A DNA stretch of 64,000 nucleotides from Eledone cirrhosa (Eukaryota): the NCBI GenBank assembly GCA_964016885.1, contig OZ024743.1, positions 26,846,001-26,910,000 on the forward strand, given 5' to 3'. The notes beneath the pieces are model-generated. The model made no database searches and was not told where the DNA came from. It saw only the letters and a program-made list of their open reading frames with translations. Below, in pieces: positions 52,932-64,000 of this stretch; position 1 is the first letter of the stretch, and each line of letters opens with the position of its first letter. The translations under genes and the position numbers were made by a program.

Positions 52932-53749
52932 GCATCACTGATTTTCATTCCAGCCATGCGGCACTTGACATCAAACCTATCAAGTGCAAGTCAGAGATCA
53001 CCTTCTGTCGAGTTAAGAAACACCATATCCTCTTCAAATTCCAGCCGACTGATTTTACATCTGCCAGTTATGATACCACATCCAACCCAGCTGTGCATGT
53101 CAATCCTGTTCCTGAAAATAACAAACAGGAGAGATGACAATACACACCTTGGCAGAGTCTAACTCCCACATTGAATAGTTTCCATTTAGCACCATTTATC
53201 TGAACACAAACACTTAGACATTCATATAGAAACATTTGTTACAAATACTATCTTAAAATTGAAATCAACAATTTTAGTAAATTCCTCTAAAATGTCAATT
53301 AATTAATCGAAATAGAGTGTATTTCATTGTAAATATGGCACTGAAGGAGTTAAGGTGATAGCTGAAACACTGCAAATGTAGTCATGGTGTTAGATTTAAT
53401 TTCTATATTTGGTGGTTATGTATACATAGTGGTGAGGAATATGGTTTAGAGAATTAAGTCAAAGAGAATATATATTGTCAGTGTGAGAAGTGGACTTGGT
53501 GGCTAAGAGGGCAAAAAATGCAATTCTGTCAATATTTTTTATTCTCTCTCTCACATACTGTCTCACCACATCTCTTTCTCATGGTCTCTCTTCTCCTTCT
53601 TTATCTTTCTATCATTCATCTTTTGTCTTTTAGTTTATCTCCTCTCCTGCTTTCTTATTCAGACTGCTTTCTTTTTTTTCCATTTGGAAAAGAAGACACA
53701 AAATCAATAAGATCAGAGAAACTGTAAATTAGGTGGGAAATACACATGA

Positions 53750-54010
53750 ACATACACACACACACACACGCATCTACACATACACCTACACGCACACACC
53801 TACTCCCACACCTACACACACACACCTTCTCACACACCTACACGCACACACCTACTCACACACCTACACACACACACCTTCTCACACACCTACACACACA
53901 CACCTACTCACACACACACCTTCTCACACACCTACACACCTTCTCACACACCTACACACTCACACACGCATGCTCTCTCACATACTTACACATATACATT
54001 CATACTCATA
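53750..54010. repeat. CA-rich minisatellite (cacacacctactcacacacctacacacacacaccttct-like units)
   Basis: Directly visible. Confidence 0.8.
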
Positions 54011-54318
54011 CATACACTTATGGACATATAAACGCCTTCACATATATCCTAAATATAAATTTATGTGTGACTGTATCAAATATATTTTTGATATATTATA
54101 CTAATGAAAGCTAAAGGTAAAATGGCTACTTGAGAAAGATATTGGACTAGTAGCTTGGAGTCTGGGAATTTATGAATTCATATCATCTACACAATATATA
54201 TTCATAATGTCTCTCTACAAGATAAATGTCCCCCGAGTTCACCTCACTGTAAGGAATAATTAACAAATATTTAGCAAATGTTATCCAGAAAAGAAATAGC
54301 TGATAGCATATAGAATTG

Positions 54319-54361
<43 letters not shown>

Positions 54362-55020
54362 CCATCATCGTCATCATCATCATCGTCACTGTTTAATGTC
54401 TATTTTCCATGCTTGCATAGGTTAGACAGGTTGTCACATTATGAGGTCAGATAGGTCAGGTGACCCTGTTTTACTCATATAATCCATTTTTGGTCTGGTT
54501 TTCTATGGCTGGAGGCCCTTCCTAACAACAACCACTCTACAAAGTGGGTTGGGTGCTTTTCGTCATATCATCAGTATGACCAACTTACAGAGAGGACAAG
54601 CAACCTTTTTGTTATGGCATCAACACAACTGATCACTAGACTAAATATTTAGTTGGTCCTACTGGAACCTTGATGTTGGCTTTACCATTCCTCTCTTAGG
54701 TATCAATAAATTAGGATTGGCGATATATTATGTTGATTTTAGTCGGCTACACTCCTCCCACTATCTGTAGTAATATATATATATATAAATATATATAAGA
54801 GTGGAAGTTAGTAAAATCGAAGTTGCGGCGGTCGGCCAGATTCCGTGGAAGAAAACAATATTTGGAGCTTTGCACGAAGCACTCAGTAAGAAGATATCGA
54901 TAAATTGACAAGTTACACCTTAGAGTAATAAACATACGTTAAATAGCTTGACAAATTGAAAACTGTGGTTAAGGAGACAAAGCCACAGAAGTCACCACAA
55001 CAACGAAAATACAATCAGGT

Positions 55021-55071
<51 letters not shown>

Positions 55072-56968
55072 AGTGAAACTACCCAAATCTTCTGCTATGT
55101 TTCTTTCTCTTTCAAAATGCGGCCTTGTTCTAAGTAAAAGAAATCATTCATCATTTCATTTTACGTCTGCTTTTCCCTGCTTGCAAGGGTGGCATTATTA
55201 TATGTAATTGACTGACATCTTATGCAGCAGAAAATTTATCTCTCATCTGCTTTACCCCACAAAGTATCTAACTAGGCAACATAATATCAAGCTAAGCAGC
55301 AGCTATTAGAGAGATTTATCATTGTTATTATAACACCGATAATGTGGCTTTCTGCCCATATTAGAAATCGTTATTATGCTGATAAAGGATGACTGGCATT
55401 AGATATCACTTTACTTATGCATTTCATCGTTGAGCCAGCGATGGAGTCTCTAGATAGTTCTTGTTCTGTTAGAAATAACAGCCTCCCCCAACCAAATCTC
55501 ATTTCCCTGTGTTATAAAAATTATAAAAATAGAAAAATGTACTTTCAATAATGTTGACTCCCTGTACATGGAAAAAGATGGATTGTCATAGCTGGTATAC
55601 TTTTGATTATAGGTCTGTTCAATCAGAGCTAATCCAGGGACATGCAGCAATAATAACAACATTTTCACTGTGCTCATGCTCTTAAAAACGGTATGAATAA
55701 TGCATAATTTCAAAATCTTGCTTTCTCTATAATTTGGTATTTGTTGTAAGAGGAAAGATTTTGGTTGTTCAGGCTATGCTTGTAACAAATTCACATCACA
55801 TATATTGCCAATGTATCTAAAAATGGCACAAACATTGTAATAAACATTACATCATTTCCTTTAAAAATCTAATATTTTTTGTGTATGTGGGAAACCAATA
55901 TTTCTCTTGATATTTTTTATTATGGGTCATGATAAAAAGGAATGCATTTGATGAGATGAGGTGGGCATATATGAAATCAATTTTATTGAACTTTCATCAT
56001 AATCATCATCATTTTTTTCTCTCTTTCCATGTTTTCCATGCTGGCATGGGTTGGATGACCTGTCATAATTTGAGATTGGACAAGCTGGAGAACATCATCT
56101 TGCTTATATCACTTGTTATAATGCTTCATATCTCTTGCATTTATGGAGACCTCCTTAATTAGAGTAAAATGCTATTGAATATGGATTACTTATCAGCTCT
56201 AAATCAGTATATGATAATAAAGAGGAGGATGTCTATGTTGTATAGACACTCATTCAAATATGCACATTAAAAATATAGAGTTTTGACAACCCAAACAACA
56301 TTCTAGTTACACGCTTACATACACAGCATTATAAAAAGGTACAGAACACTCAAAGTTGATGGATACTACGGAGTAGGAAGACCTAGGAAGACTTGGGATT
56401 CAGTGATAAAAGCTGACCTTGCACAATTGCACCACCTTCCACTCCATCCCACTTCCACACACCTTCCACGTCCTAACACTCCAACCCTCATCCACGTCCC
56501 TAGATCTACCTCTTCAATTCCCACACACCTCCCCCACCAAAGTCCCCAGTCAACACTGTAAAGTGGTCGTGTAGGTGTCACAACAAAAAGTGCTCAGCCC
56601 ACACTGTAAAGTGGTCATGTTGGTGACATGACAAAAAGCACCTAGAACTCACTGTAAAAGTGGTTGGCATTAAGAAGGGCATCGAGCCATAAAAATGAAG
56701 ACAAAATCAGTTCTGTATGAGTAAGCCATGGACATCTGACCTGACCTGGCTTGTCTTGCAATGGACAATAAATGGTGATGATGATGATGATAATACACAA
56801 ATATATAATCTTTTACATTAACACAAGGCCACAGATATGTAGACTGGGATGTAGTGGTGAAATAAATTTATTTGAATTGACTCCATTATATCACATGTAT
56901 CTATTTCATTTCATTTACCCAAGAGGAATGAACAGCAAAGTCAACTCTGATAGGATTTGAACTCATAA

Positions 56969-59900
56969 AGGTTCCATTGTTGGTTCAGCAAAGGCAAGTT
57001 TATATAAGGTGATGGCAGACCTAGGCTGTGTTCCCCCAAAGGGTGCTCTCCGCCTTGGTCGACCTGGTCCAAAACCCAGACTCATCAGGCTGTCTTTTTC
57101 GGACCCCGCAGAGGCAACCTCATATCATCTGGCCTCTGCTAAAGCTGGGCGTGAAAATCGGATTACCTTCCGAACACGCCCAGGCCTACCACCCCATGTA
57201 CGTCCAAAGCTATGTGCAGCAGCTTCCTTGAATCGGAACTCAGCACAAGATGAAAGTTTTAGTCTGCGTGATGAAGGGCAGATCTGGAGGTTTGTCAAGG
57301 CTGGTGAAACGTGGAAGAGAGATACCAGCTGGTCTGAGTGTGATCTACCCACAATAACTGGCAATGTAAAAACTGCTACAACTCTGGGAAACTAAACCAG
57401 AACAACCTGCCACCCTCTACACACCATCATAAACTGCGAGCAGGGTACAAATTGTTGTCCTTAAATGCTCGCAGTTTATGCAACAAGATACATCTGTTCG
57501 AATCCTACGTCAGAAGCATCGACCCTGACTTCATCACAGTCACGGAAACATGGGCACATTCATTACTCTGTGATGGGGTTTTCAGCATTACTGGGTACAA
57601 CCTTTTCCGCAAGGACCGCATTAACCGCCGTGGTGGTGGTGTGATGGTCTACGTTCGTTCAAACTTTTCGGTAATTCCTTGCGTTGATTTGAACGAATCA
57701 CAGGAAGAAGTTTTTTTCTGTGACATACGTATGACCATGTCAACACTTCTGCTTGGTGTTGTTTATCGCCCCCCAAACTACCATCAGGACACACAGCTTT
57801 GTGATATCCTCAGAGTTGCTGCCAAGAAAACAGCCACTTATGTGTTTATTGCAGGTGACTTCAATCATCCTGAGATCGTTTGGGAAACCTTTCGTTGGCC
57901 ACAAGGTGCAAACGATTTCCTTGAACTAGTGCTGGACTCAAACTGGTCACAAGTAGTCACCTCTCCAACAAGAGGTGACAACACTTTGGACCTGATCTTC
58001 ACCACTACTCCTGAAGTGGTTATCAGTTGTACTACTGAGGAACCTCTAGGTGACTCTGATCATGCTATGATCATTGCCAATCTGGCACTTGAGGGCAGCA
58101 ACAAAAACCAGAGCCATCTCCAATCTGCTTGCTTTGATTGGAAGAGGGCGGATTGGAACTTGTACTGCACTGAGCTACAGTGCCCAAACTGGCATGAGAT
58201 GTATAACTCTGAAGATGTGAACACTATACTCCAGAGCATCCTGGACTTAATATGGATAGCGTGTGCAGCATCAGTGCCACGGAAGCGGAAAAATAACCTC
58301 CCCAAAAGTGCAATTTGGGAAACTTCAGCGGTCCGACTTGCCAGGAAAGAACGTCGGAACGCTGAACGGGAATATAAACTGCATAAATCAGATGCCAACA
58401 GAAAAAAGCGGAATAAATCTTCTAACCATCTCAAGCAAGTGACAAAAAAGGCAGTGCTTGAATTTGAACAGTGCATCGCTACCAATCCTGACAGTAAGGT
58501 GTTCTGAAAATATGTTCATTCAAAGCAGAGACCTCACTCTCCAGTTGGTCCTCTTCGCAATCCCCACACAAGCCAGATCACTGACGATCCCAAGGAATGC
58601 GCAGAACTCATTGCTGAGTGCTATGCAAGTATTTTTACTGTTGAAAACCAGAATGTACCATCTCCACCATCTCTAACATCAAATTCCATAACAACTATGG
58701 AATTTACACCTGCAATGTTGCGACGTCACCTTAAGAATAAGCACAACTATGCCACCCCTGGTCTTGATGGTGTGACATACCTGTTTCTCAAACGTGGCGG
58801 GTATTTCCTTTTGTGCCAGCTTTCTTTCTTCTTTCAATACTGTCTCAACAATGGTGCTACTCCGGAGCAGTGGAAAACTGCCAGTGTCATTCCCTTGTTC
58901 AAAAAGGGCAACCGCATGACACCTGTCAACTATCGTCCAGTCAGTCTTACTAGCTGTATGGCCAAACTGATGGAATCCTGTGTCAGAGAAACACTTTGGA
59001 ACTTCTGGAGCTCTCACAGCCTCATCCGGCCCTCACAGTTTGGATTTATCCCTAACACCAGCTGCTGTGATCAGCTTATCGAGTTCCTTGAGGACATCAC
59101 CCGGATCACTGATGGCGGCTCATGGGTGGATGTTGTTTACCTTGACTTTGCTAAGGCTTTTAATTCTGTGCCACACAAAAGACTTATGGCAAAACTCTCT
59201 GCAATGGGTGTGAGGGATGATCTTTTCGACTGGTTGAAATCCTTCATTCTCAGCCGAAAAGAAGTAGTCACGGTTCTAGGACAGCATTCTTCACCATATG
59301 AGATGTCATCTGGTGTACCACAGGGATCTGTTCTTGGTCCTCTTTTGTTTGTGGCATATATTAATGACATAGATGCCAACTTACAGAATGCCACGGTACT
59401 GAAATATGCAGATGACATCAAGCTGTACCTTGAAATCAAAAGGACTGATCCTGAAATTTACAACTCTTTCCTACAATCAGACCTGGACACAATGCAGCAA
59501 TGGATCACAGACTGGCAACTGAAGCTGGCTGTGGACAAGTGTACCACCATGCATTTTGGAAGGAAAAATCCAGCGTCCACATACTCCCTCCACAACACTG
59601 ATATCAAAAAGTCCTCTTGTGAACGTGACCTGGGCATTACTGTCAGCAACGATTTGCGTTGGACAAAGCATGTCTTTAAGATTGTCAAGAAGGCCGAGGG
59701 TGTCTTGGCATCACTCAGCAAGACCTTTGTTAGCCGCTCTCCAGCCATCTATTTAAAACTGTATACAGCTATGGTACGACCACACTTGGAATTCGCATCA
59801 TCAGTCTGGAACCCCTATCTTGCTCAGAACATTGACCTCCGGGAAACTGTTCAGAGACGTGCAACCAAGCGCATACCCTCCATCAGACACCTACCATACT

Positions 59901-60505
59901 CTGAACGCCTTGCTTCCTTGGGCATGGATTCATTGAAGCTCCGACGTCTGGCAATGGACTTGGTGAATACCCACAAAGTTTTTAACCATCTCGCCAATTG
60001 CAACCCTGAGCACCTCTTTGATCTCCATGTGTCTAACACACGTGGATATGCCTATAAGATCAGAAAACAGCATAGCTCCCATGACTTTCGTAGACATTTT
60101 TTCACGCTCAGAGTTGCTGAAGCATGGAACAAACTGCCTGCGTCAGTTGTTAGCTGCCGAGACACTGCATCCTTTAAGACACTCATGCTTCCCGAAATAC
60201 GCCAAAACTACACCTGATGTACCCCTTCCATACACATGCAAACATGTGTGTATCATGACTCGTGCACTGTTAATTTTACTGATGTTTGTGCATTGCCCTA
60301 TGTACTGTACATGTGACTTTTTTGATGAGTTGTGGTGCACCTGGGCACTGTACACAATATTTCATTATTGTTATTATTATTATATCATGACTCATACACT
60401 GTTCATTTTCCTGATATTTGTACATTATTCTATGTACTATACATGCACCTTTGATGAGTTGTAGTGCACCTGAGCACTGTACACAATAATTTCATTATTA
60501 TTATT
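56969..60505 (+). mobile_element. Near full-length CR1 LINE: ORF1 C-terminus, EN-RT ORF2, duplicated 3' end, (ATT)n tail
   Basis: ORF1 remnant ...LRLGRPGPKPRLIRLSF... ends at 57395. ORF2 has APE motifs (LNARS, VTETW, GGGV, VYRPP, GDFN, TRGDNTLDL, SDH) and RT motifs (NYRPVSLTS, LDFAKAF, GVPQGSVLGP, YADD, RDLG). Inserted into an old SINE. Confidence 0.93.
57386..60217 (+). pseudogene. CR1 ORF2 (endonuclease-reverse transcriptase) broken by a single in-frame TGA at 58505-58507
   Basis: 57452-58507 and 58697-60217 are in the same frame and 58508-58696 is open. Context KVF*KY corresponds to the usual K.FWKY. Confidence 0.88.
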
Positions 60506-60692
60506 ACAAAAAGAGATCAATCAAATGTGTACCAGACTTGAAAAGTAAGTGATATAATTGACTAAAATCCCTTCAAAGTGGTGCCCCAGCATGGGTGCAG
60601 TCAAATGATTAAAAACAGTAAAAGAGTGAGAAATTGGTGACATGTATCTTATTAACATGTAGTAGATGGGCTAAAAAGTAATATAGACCACA

Positions 60693-61260
60693 TCGGAATA
60701 AGAATGATTTCGGATTTAAGCAAAAGGCCAGCAATTTGAGGGGTGGGGGATACTCGATTAAATTGACCCCAGTGAATTACTGGTGTTTTATTTATTAACC
60801 CTGTAAGGACGAAAGGCAAAACTAACCTCAGCAGGATTTGAACTCAGAATGTAAAGGATCGTAACTCTATGCAGCGAAGCATGGTGTCTGATGCTCTACT
60901 GATTATGCCATTCCACTCCAATCAGAATAATAATTGTTTCTACTTTTGGCACAAGGCCAGCAATTACCCAGTACATTACTGGTACTTTATTTTATCGACC
61001 TGGTAAGGATGAAAAGCAAAGCTAACCTCAGCGGGACTTGAACACAGAATGTAAAGGGTCGTAATTCTATGTCACAAAGCACGATGTCCGGCACTCTACC
61101 GATTCTGCCAATCCACCACACTCAGAATAATAATTGTTTCTACTTTTGGCACAAGGCCAGCAATTATCCCAGTGAATTACTGGTACTTTATTTTATCGAC
61201 CCCGTAAGGATGAAAGGCAAAGTTAACCTTGGCAGGATTTGAACTCAGACTGCAAATGGC
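60693..61260 (-). mobile_element. Three tandem OK-like SINE copies
   Basis: aaggccagcaatt at 60724, 60953 and 61153 (spacings 229 and 200). Linker tcagaataataatt at 60922 and 61122. Confidence 0.88.
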
Positions 61261-61454
61261 TCCTAGAATTCTGCCTTGACAAAGGCTAAGGGGTGATCTC
61301 TCCCGGTGATTTTGGATGGCCATTGACTCTTAAAAGCTCCTTTGCTCTTTGACAGGTTTTGTTTTTAGTCCTGCAGGATGTCCAAAGTCACCCTCCTCAC
61401 CAAGAAACCTTGGTGGGGTTGCCAGTTTAGTCGCCAACAACCCGACCATGGGAC

Positions 61455-61810
61455 ATATATATATACATATATACATATATACATACATACATACACATGC
61501 ATACAAACACCCAGACACACAAACATACATAGTTAATCAATTTATTTCTCTTATGTTTCAATAAATATGATATACTATACATACATACATATATATAGTA
61601 CAACCAGACACACAAACACACACATATACATGCATACATACACACATGCATACATAAATACACACATACATACACACATACATACATACACACATACATA
61701 TATACAAGCATATATACACACATACATACACACATACATACATATATACATACACACATACATACATACACACATACATACATATATACACACATACATA
61801 TATACATACA
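61455..61810. repeat. (ACAT)n/(AC)n microsatellite
   Basis: Directly visible. A further block at about 62190-62297. Confidence 0.85.
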
Positions 61811-61884
61811 TGGTGGCTGCCAACTCGTTTTCGAGTACGGCCACTACTTTATATCCATGTAGGAGAACCCCTACAAATGTGCTG

Positions 61885-62160
61885 AATGAGTGACTTTTTA
61901 GTCCAGCCAGTGACTTGAAAACTCTGGAACAAACACTACATTTGTGACAATTATTGACACATAGTGCTGGGCCCATGGTACCATGTGACGACAAGTGCAG
62001 AGATATCTCCAGATATAAAGCAATGCCTGTGCCGTGAAGATTTTATAGTGAGCAAAGGCACTGCACAAAGCCAGTCCCACTCTCTTAACGAAGATGATAT
62101 TTACCAAAAAGAAGAACAAGTCAACATCATTGGATACCATCAGGGTTGCAGGTGTTAGAT
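61885..62160 (-). pseudogene. LINE C-terminal fragment with C2H2-type zinc finger
   Basis: CSVCSRVFKSLAGLKSH, typical of the C-terminus of some RTE ORFs. Confidence 0.5.
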
Positions 62161-64000
62161 CAGATTTTTCATTCTCCTTGAATTCTGCCTACATGCATAC
62201 ATGCATTCATGCATACATACATACATGCCTACATGCATACATACATGCATACACACTTACATACACACATACATATATACACACATACATATATACAGTA
62301 TGTTTCTCCTAAAAGTCAATAAATAGAAATAAGATTGTAAAGTGCTCATGCGAGTGTATGGATATAGCAAGATAAGGAAAGTGAAATGTTGAAAACTGCA
62401 TCATAAACCAGATTGGGAACTAGGCTGAAATAAAAGCTTTCTTTCTATATTCTTGATGTTGTTGGTGTTTGGCTGTTTGCTTTCTCTCCTTCTTTCTTTC
62501 ATATGAGACAGCAATTATGTGACATCCCCAAGGTGCTTCAACCAGCCTAGGGTAGTGGGATCAGGGTGTGTGAGGTCCACACTCAAAGGTGGGTGGAGAT
62601 TTGAGCACTCATTATGTGACATCCTCCAGGTGTTGCGACCAGCTTATGGTAGTTAGAGATCATAGCTCTCTGAGCTATGCACTCTATTGAGTTACGTTAC
62701 TCCAAAGACCATTTGGAGGTGCTTACATTTTTGCCGCAATCATATTCTTTCAGTCATTAACCAAGGGTTGACACAAATTCTGAATTGAAGATAGCAAGTT
62801 GGCTTTCACACTTACCTCCCTTCTGATGATTGAATGCTGAAGCCGGAGAATTAGAGCACTAGCTCCTGCAATTCTTGCACTTAATTCAGCCTCCTACCTA
62901 CCTTCCATCATTCATAAATAAATGAAGAGATGCTAAGAAATAGATTAGCTGAAAAAAATATTTCTTTTTATTTCTTGACTTTAAAACTGTAAAACATGTT
63001 CATATTACTTTCGATACCTATTTTATTTTTTACAATACCATTTTTCATGACCAAAACTGCCAAAGAATTTAATCTGTCTTGTGCCATGAACAACCATAAA
63101 TATGGCTTTATAAGCTTTAGTTTATAAACTTTTTTCTCTCTGTCATGACCATAGTGTTGTAGGTATCATAAGTATTATCCTTAATGTAATTCACAGATTT
63201 GGAGTGGCATCCAGTAACTTATGATGATACTGATAGCTTCTATCAGAAGCTTTACATCTCCCAGAAATAACTATTTTGCAATATCTAGTTCTGTCAAGAG
63301 ATTACAACTGTAAATATCACCTACACAACATTTTGATATAAATTTGACTTCACTGAAGGAAGTTATTCATTATTTTCAAAGTTTTCATTTATTTTATTAT
63401 TTTCATGTTTTTCTTTTGTATTTGGAAGATTCAAAATAAAATAATGTGACACCTCTCAGTATGTGACACATATGGGGACTGAATGAATTGCCAGTTCTCT
63501 CAGTTGGATTGAATGCCTCTCCTACTTGTTTGTTTTCAAGATGTTAGGATTTAATTTCAGACATATTTGATTATTTTCCCAGTAGACTGAATGACTATGT
63601 TGTGTGATGTACTTTAGTAGTACTACAGAATAGTTTAGAAGTATAATGTAGTATAGTTTATTTTTCTGGTTTGATACACATCAGCAGTATAGTGTGGTGA
63701 ATTATAGTGGTGTAGTGTAATGCAAGCTGCTGTTGTGTTACTAGCTCCTTTGATCTTGCAAACTTATGCCATACTAGTAGTCAGTTGAATGATTATTTGG
63801 GATCCAAAGAGCAATTATTCCAGATTAATCCAATTAATCCTCCATCTAGTTGTTGACTATACCAATATCCAGAGATTAATAATATGAGATATAGTATAAC
63901 AGTCTGCTAGTAGTGCTGTGTGCTATAGCTGAGCAGAATTCTGTAGTACTGTTTAGTTGGATTGTAGGAGGTTTAGTAGGAAAGCATAGTTCAGTTAAAT

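Noticed and set aside
52766-54389. Poly-K/F, poly-M and HT-repeat ORFs
   Set aside because: Products of (CTT)n, (CAT)n and CA-rich repeats.
60693-61260. Regularly spaced repeats resembling a CRISPR array
   Set aside because: Whole ~200-bp units are homologous SINE copies, with no unique spacers and no cas genes, in a eukaryotic context.

Overview
AT-rich, repeat-dense eukaryotic (animal) genomic DNA. The SINE/RTE repertoire and very long (TA)n-type arrays suggest an octopus/coleoid cephalopod (inference). The only host coding sequence I can support is the first coding exon of MADD/Rab3-GEF (uDENN region, minus strand, 8514-9124). A CpG-richer candidate bidirectional promoter lies at about 33.35-33.75 kb. 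The rest is intronic/intergenic and filled with transposons: two maT (DD37D) mariner copies, a Tigger/pogo, Helitron/Helentron-like elements, piggyBac-type and other MITEs, RTE and CR1 LINEs, a decayed Gypsy element, tRNA-derived SINEs and Penelope-like remnants. Most notable: (i) long fold-back palindromes in (TA)n-flanked islands, one carrying a near-complete minimal type I hammerhead ribozyme in each arm; (ii) a near full-length CR1 whose AUG-less ORF2 is reachable by a -1 frameshift at G_GGA_AAC just before the ORF1 stop; (iii) an RTE family with a complete C4HC3 PHD finger inside the reverse transcriptase; (iv) head-to-head fused RTE copies. Family assignments come from motif recognition by eye, not database searches.
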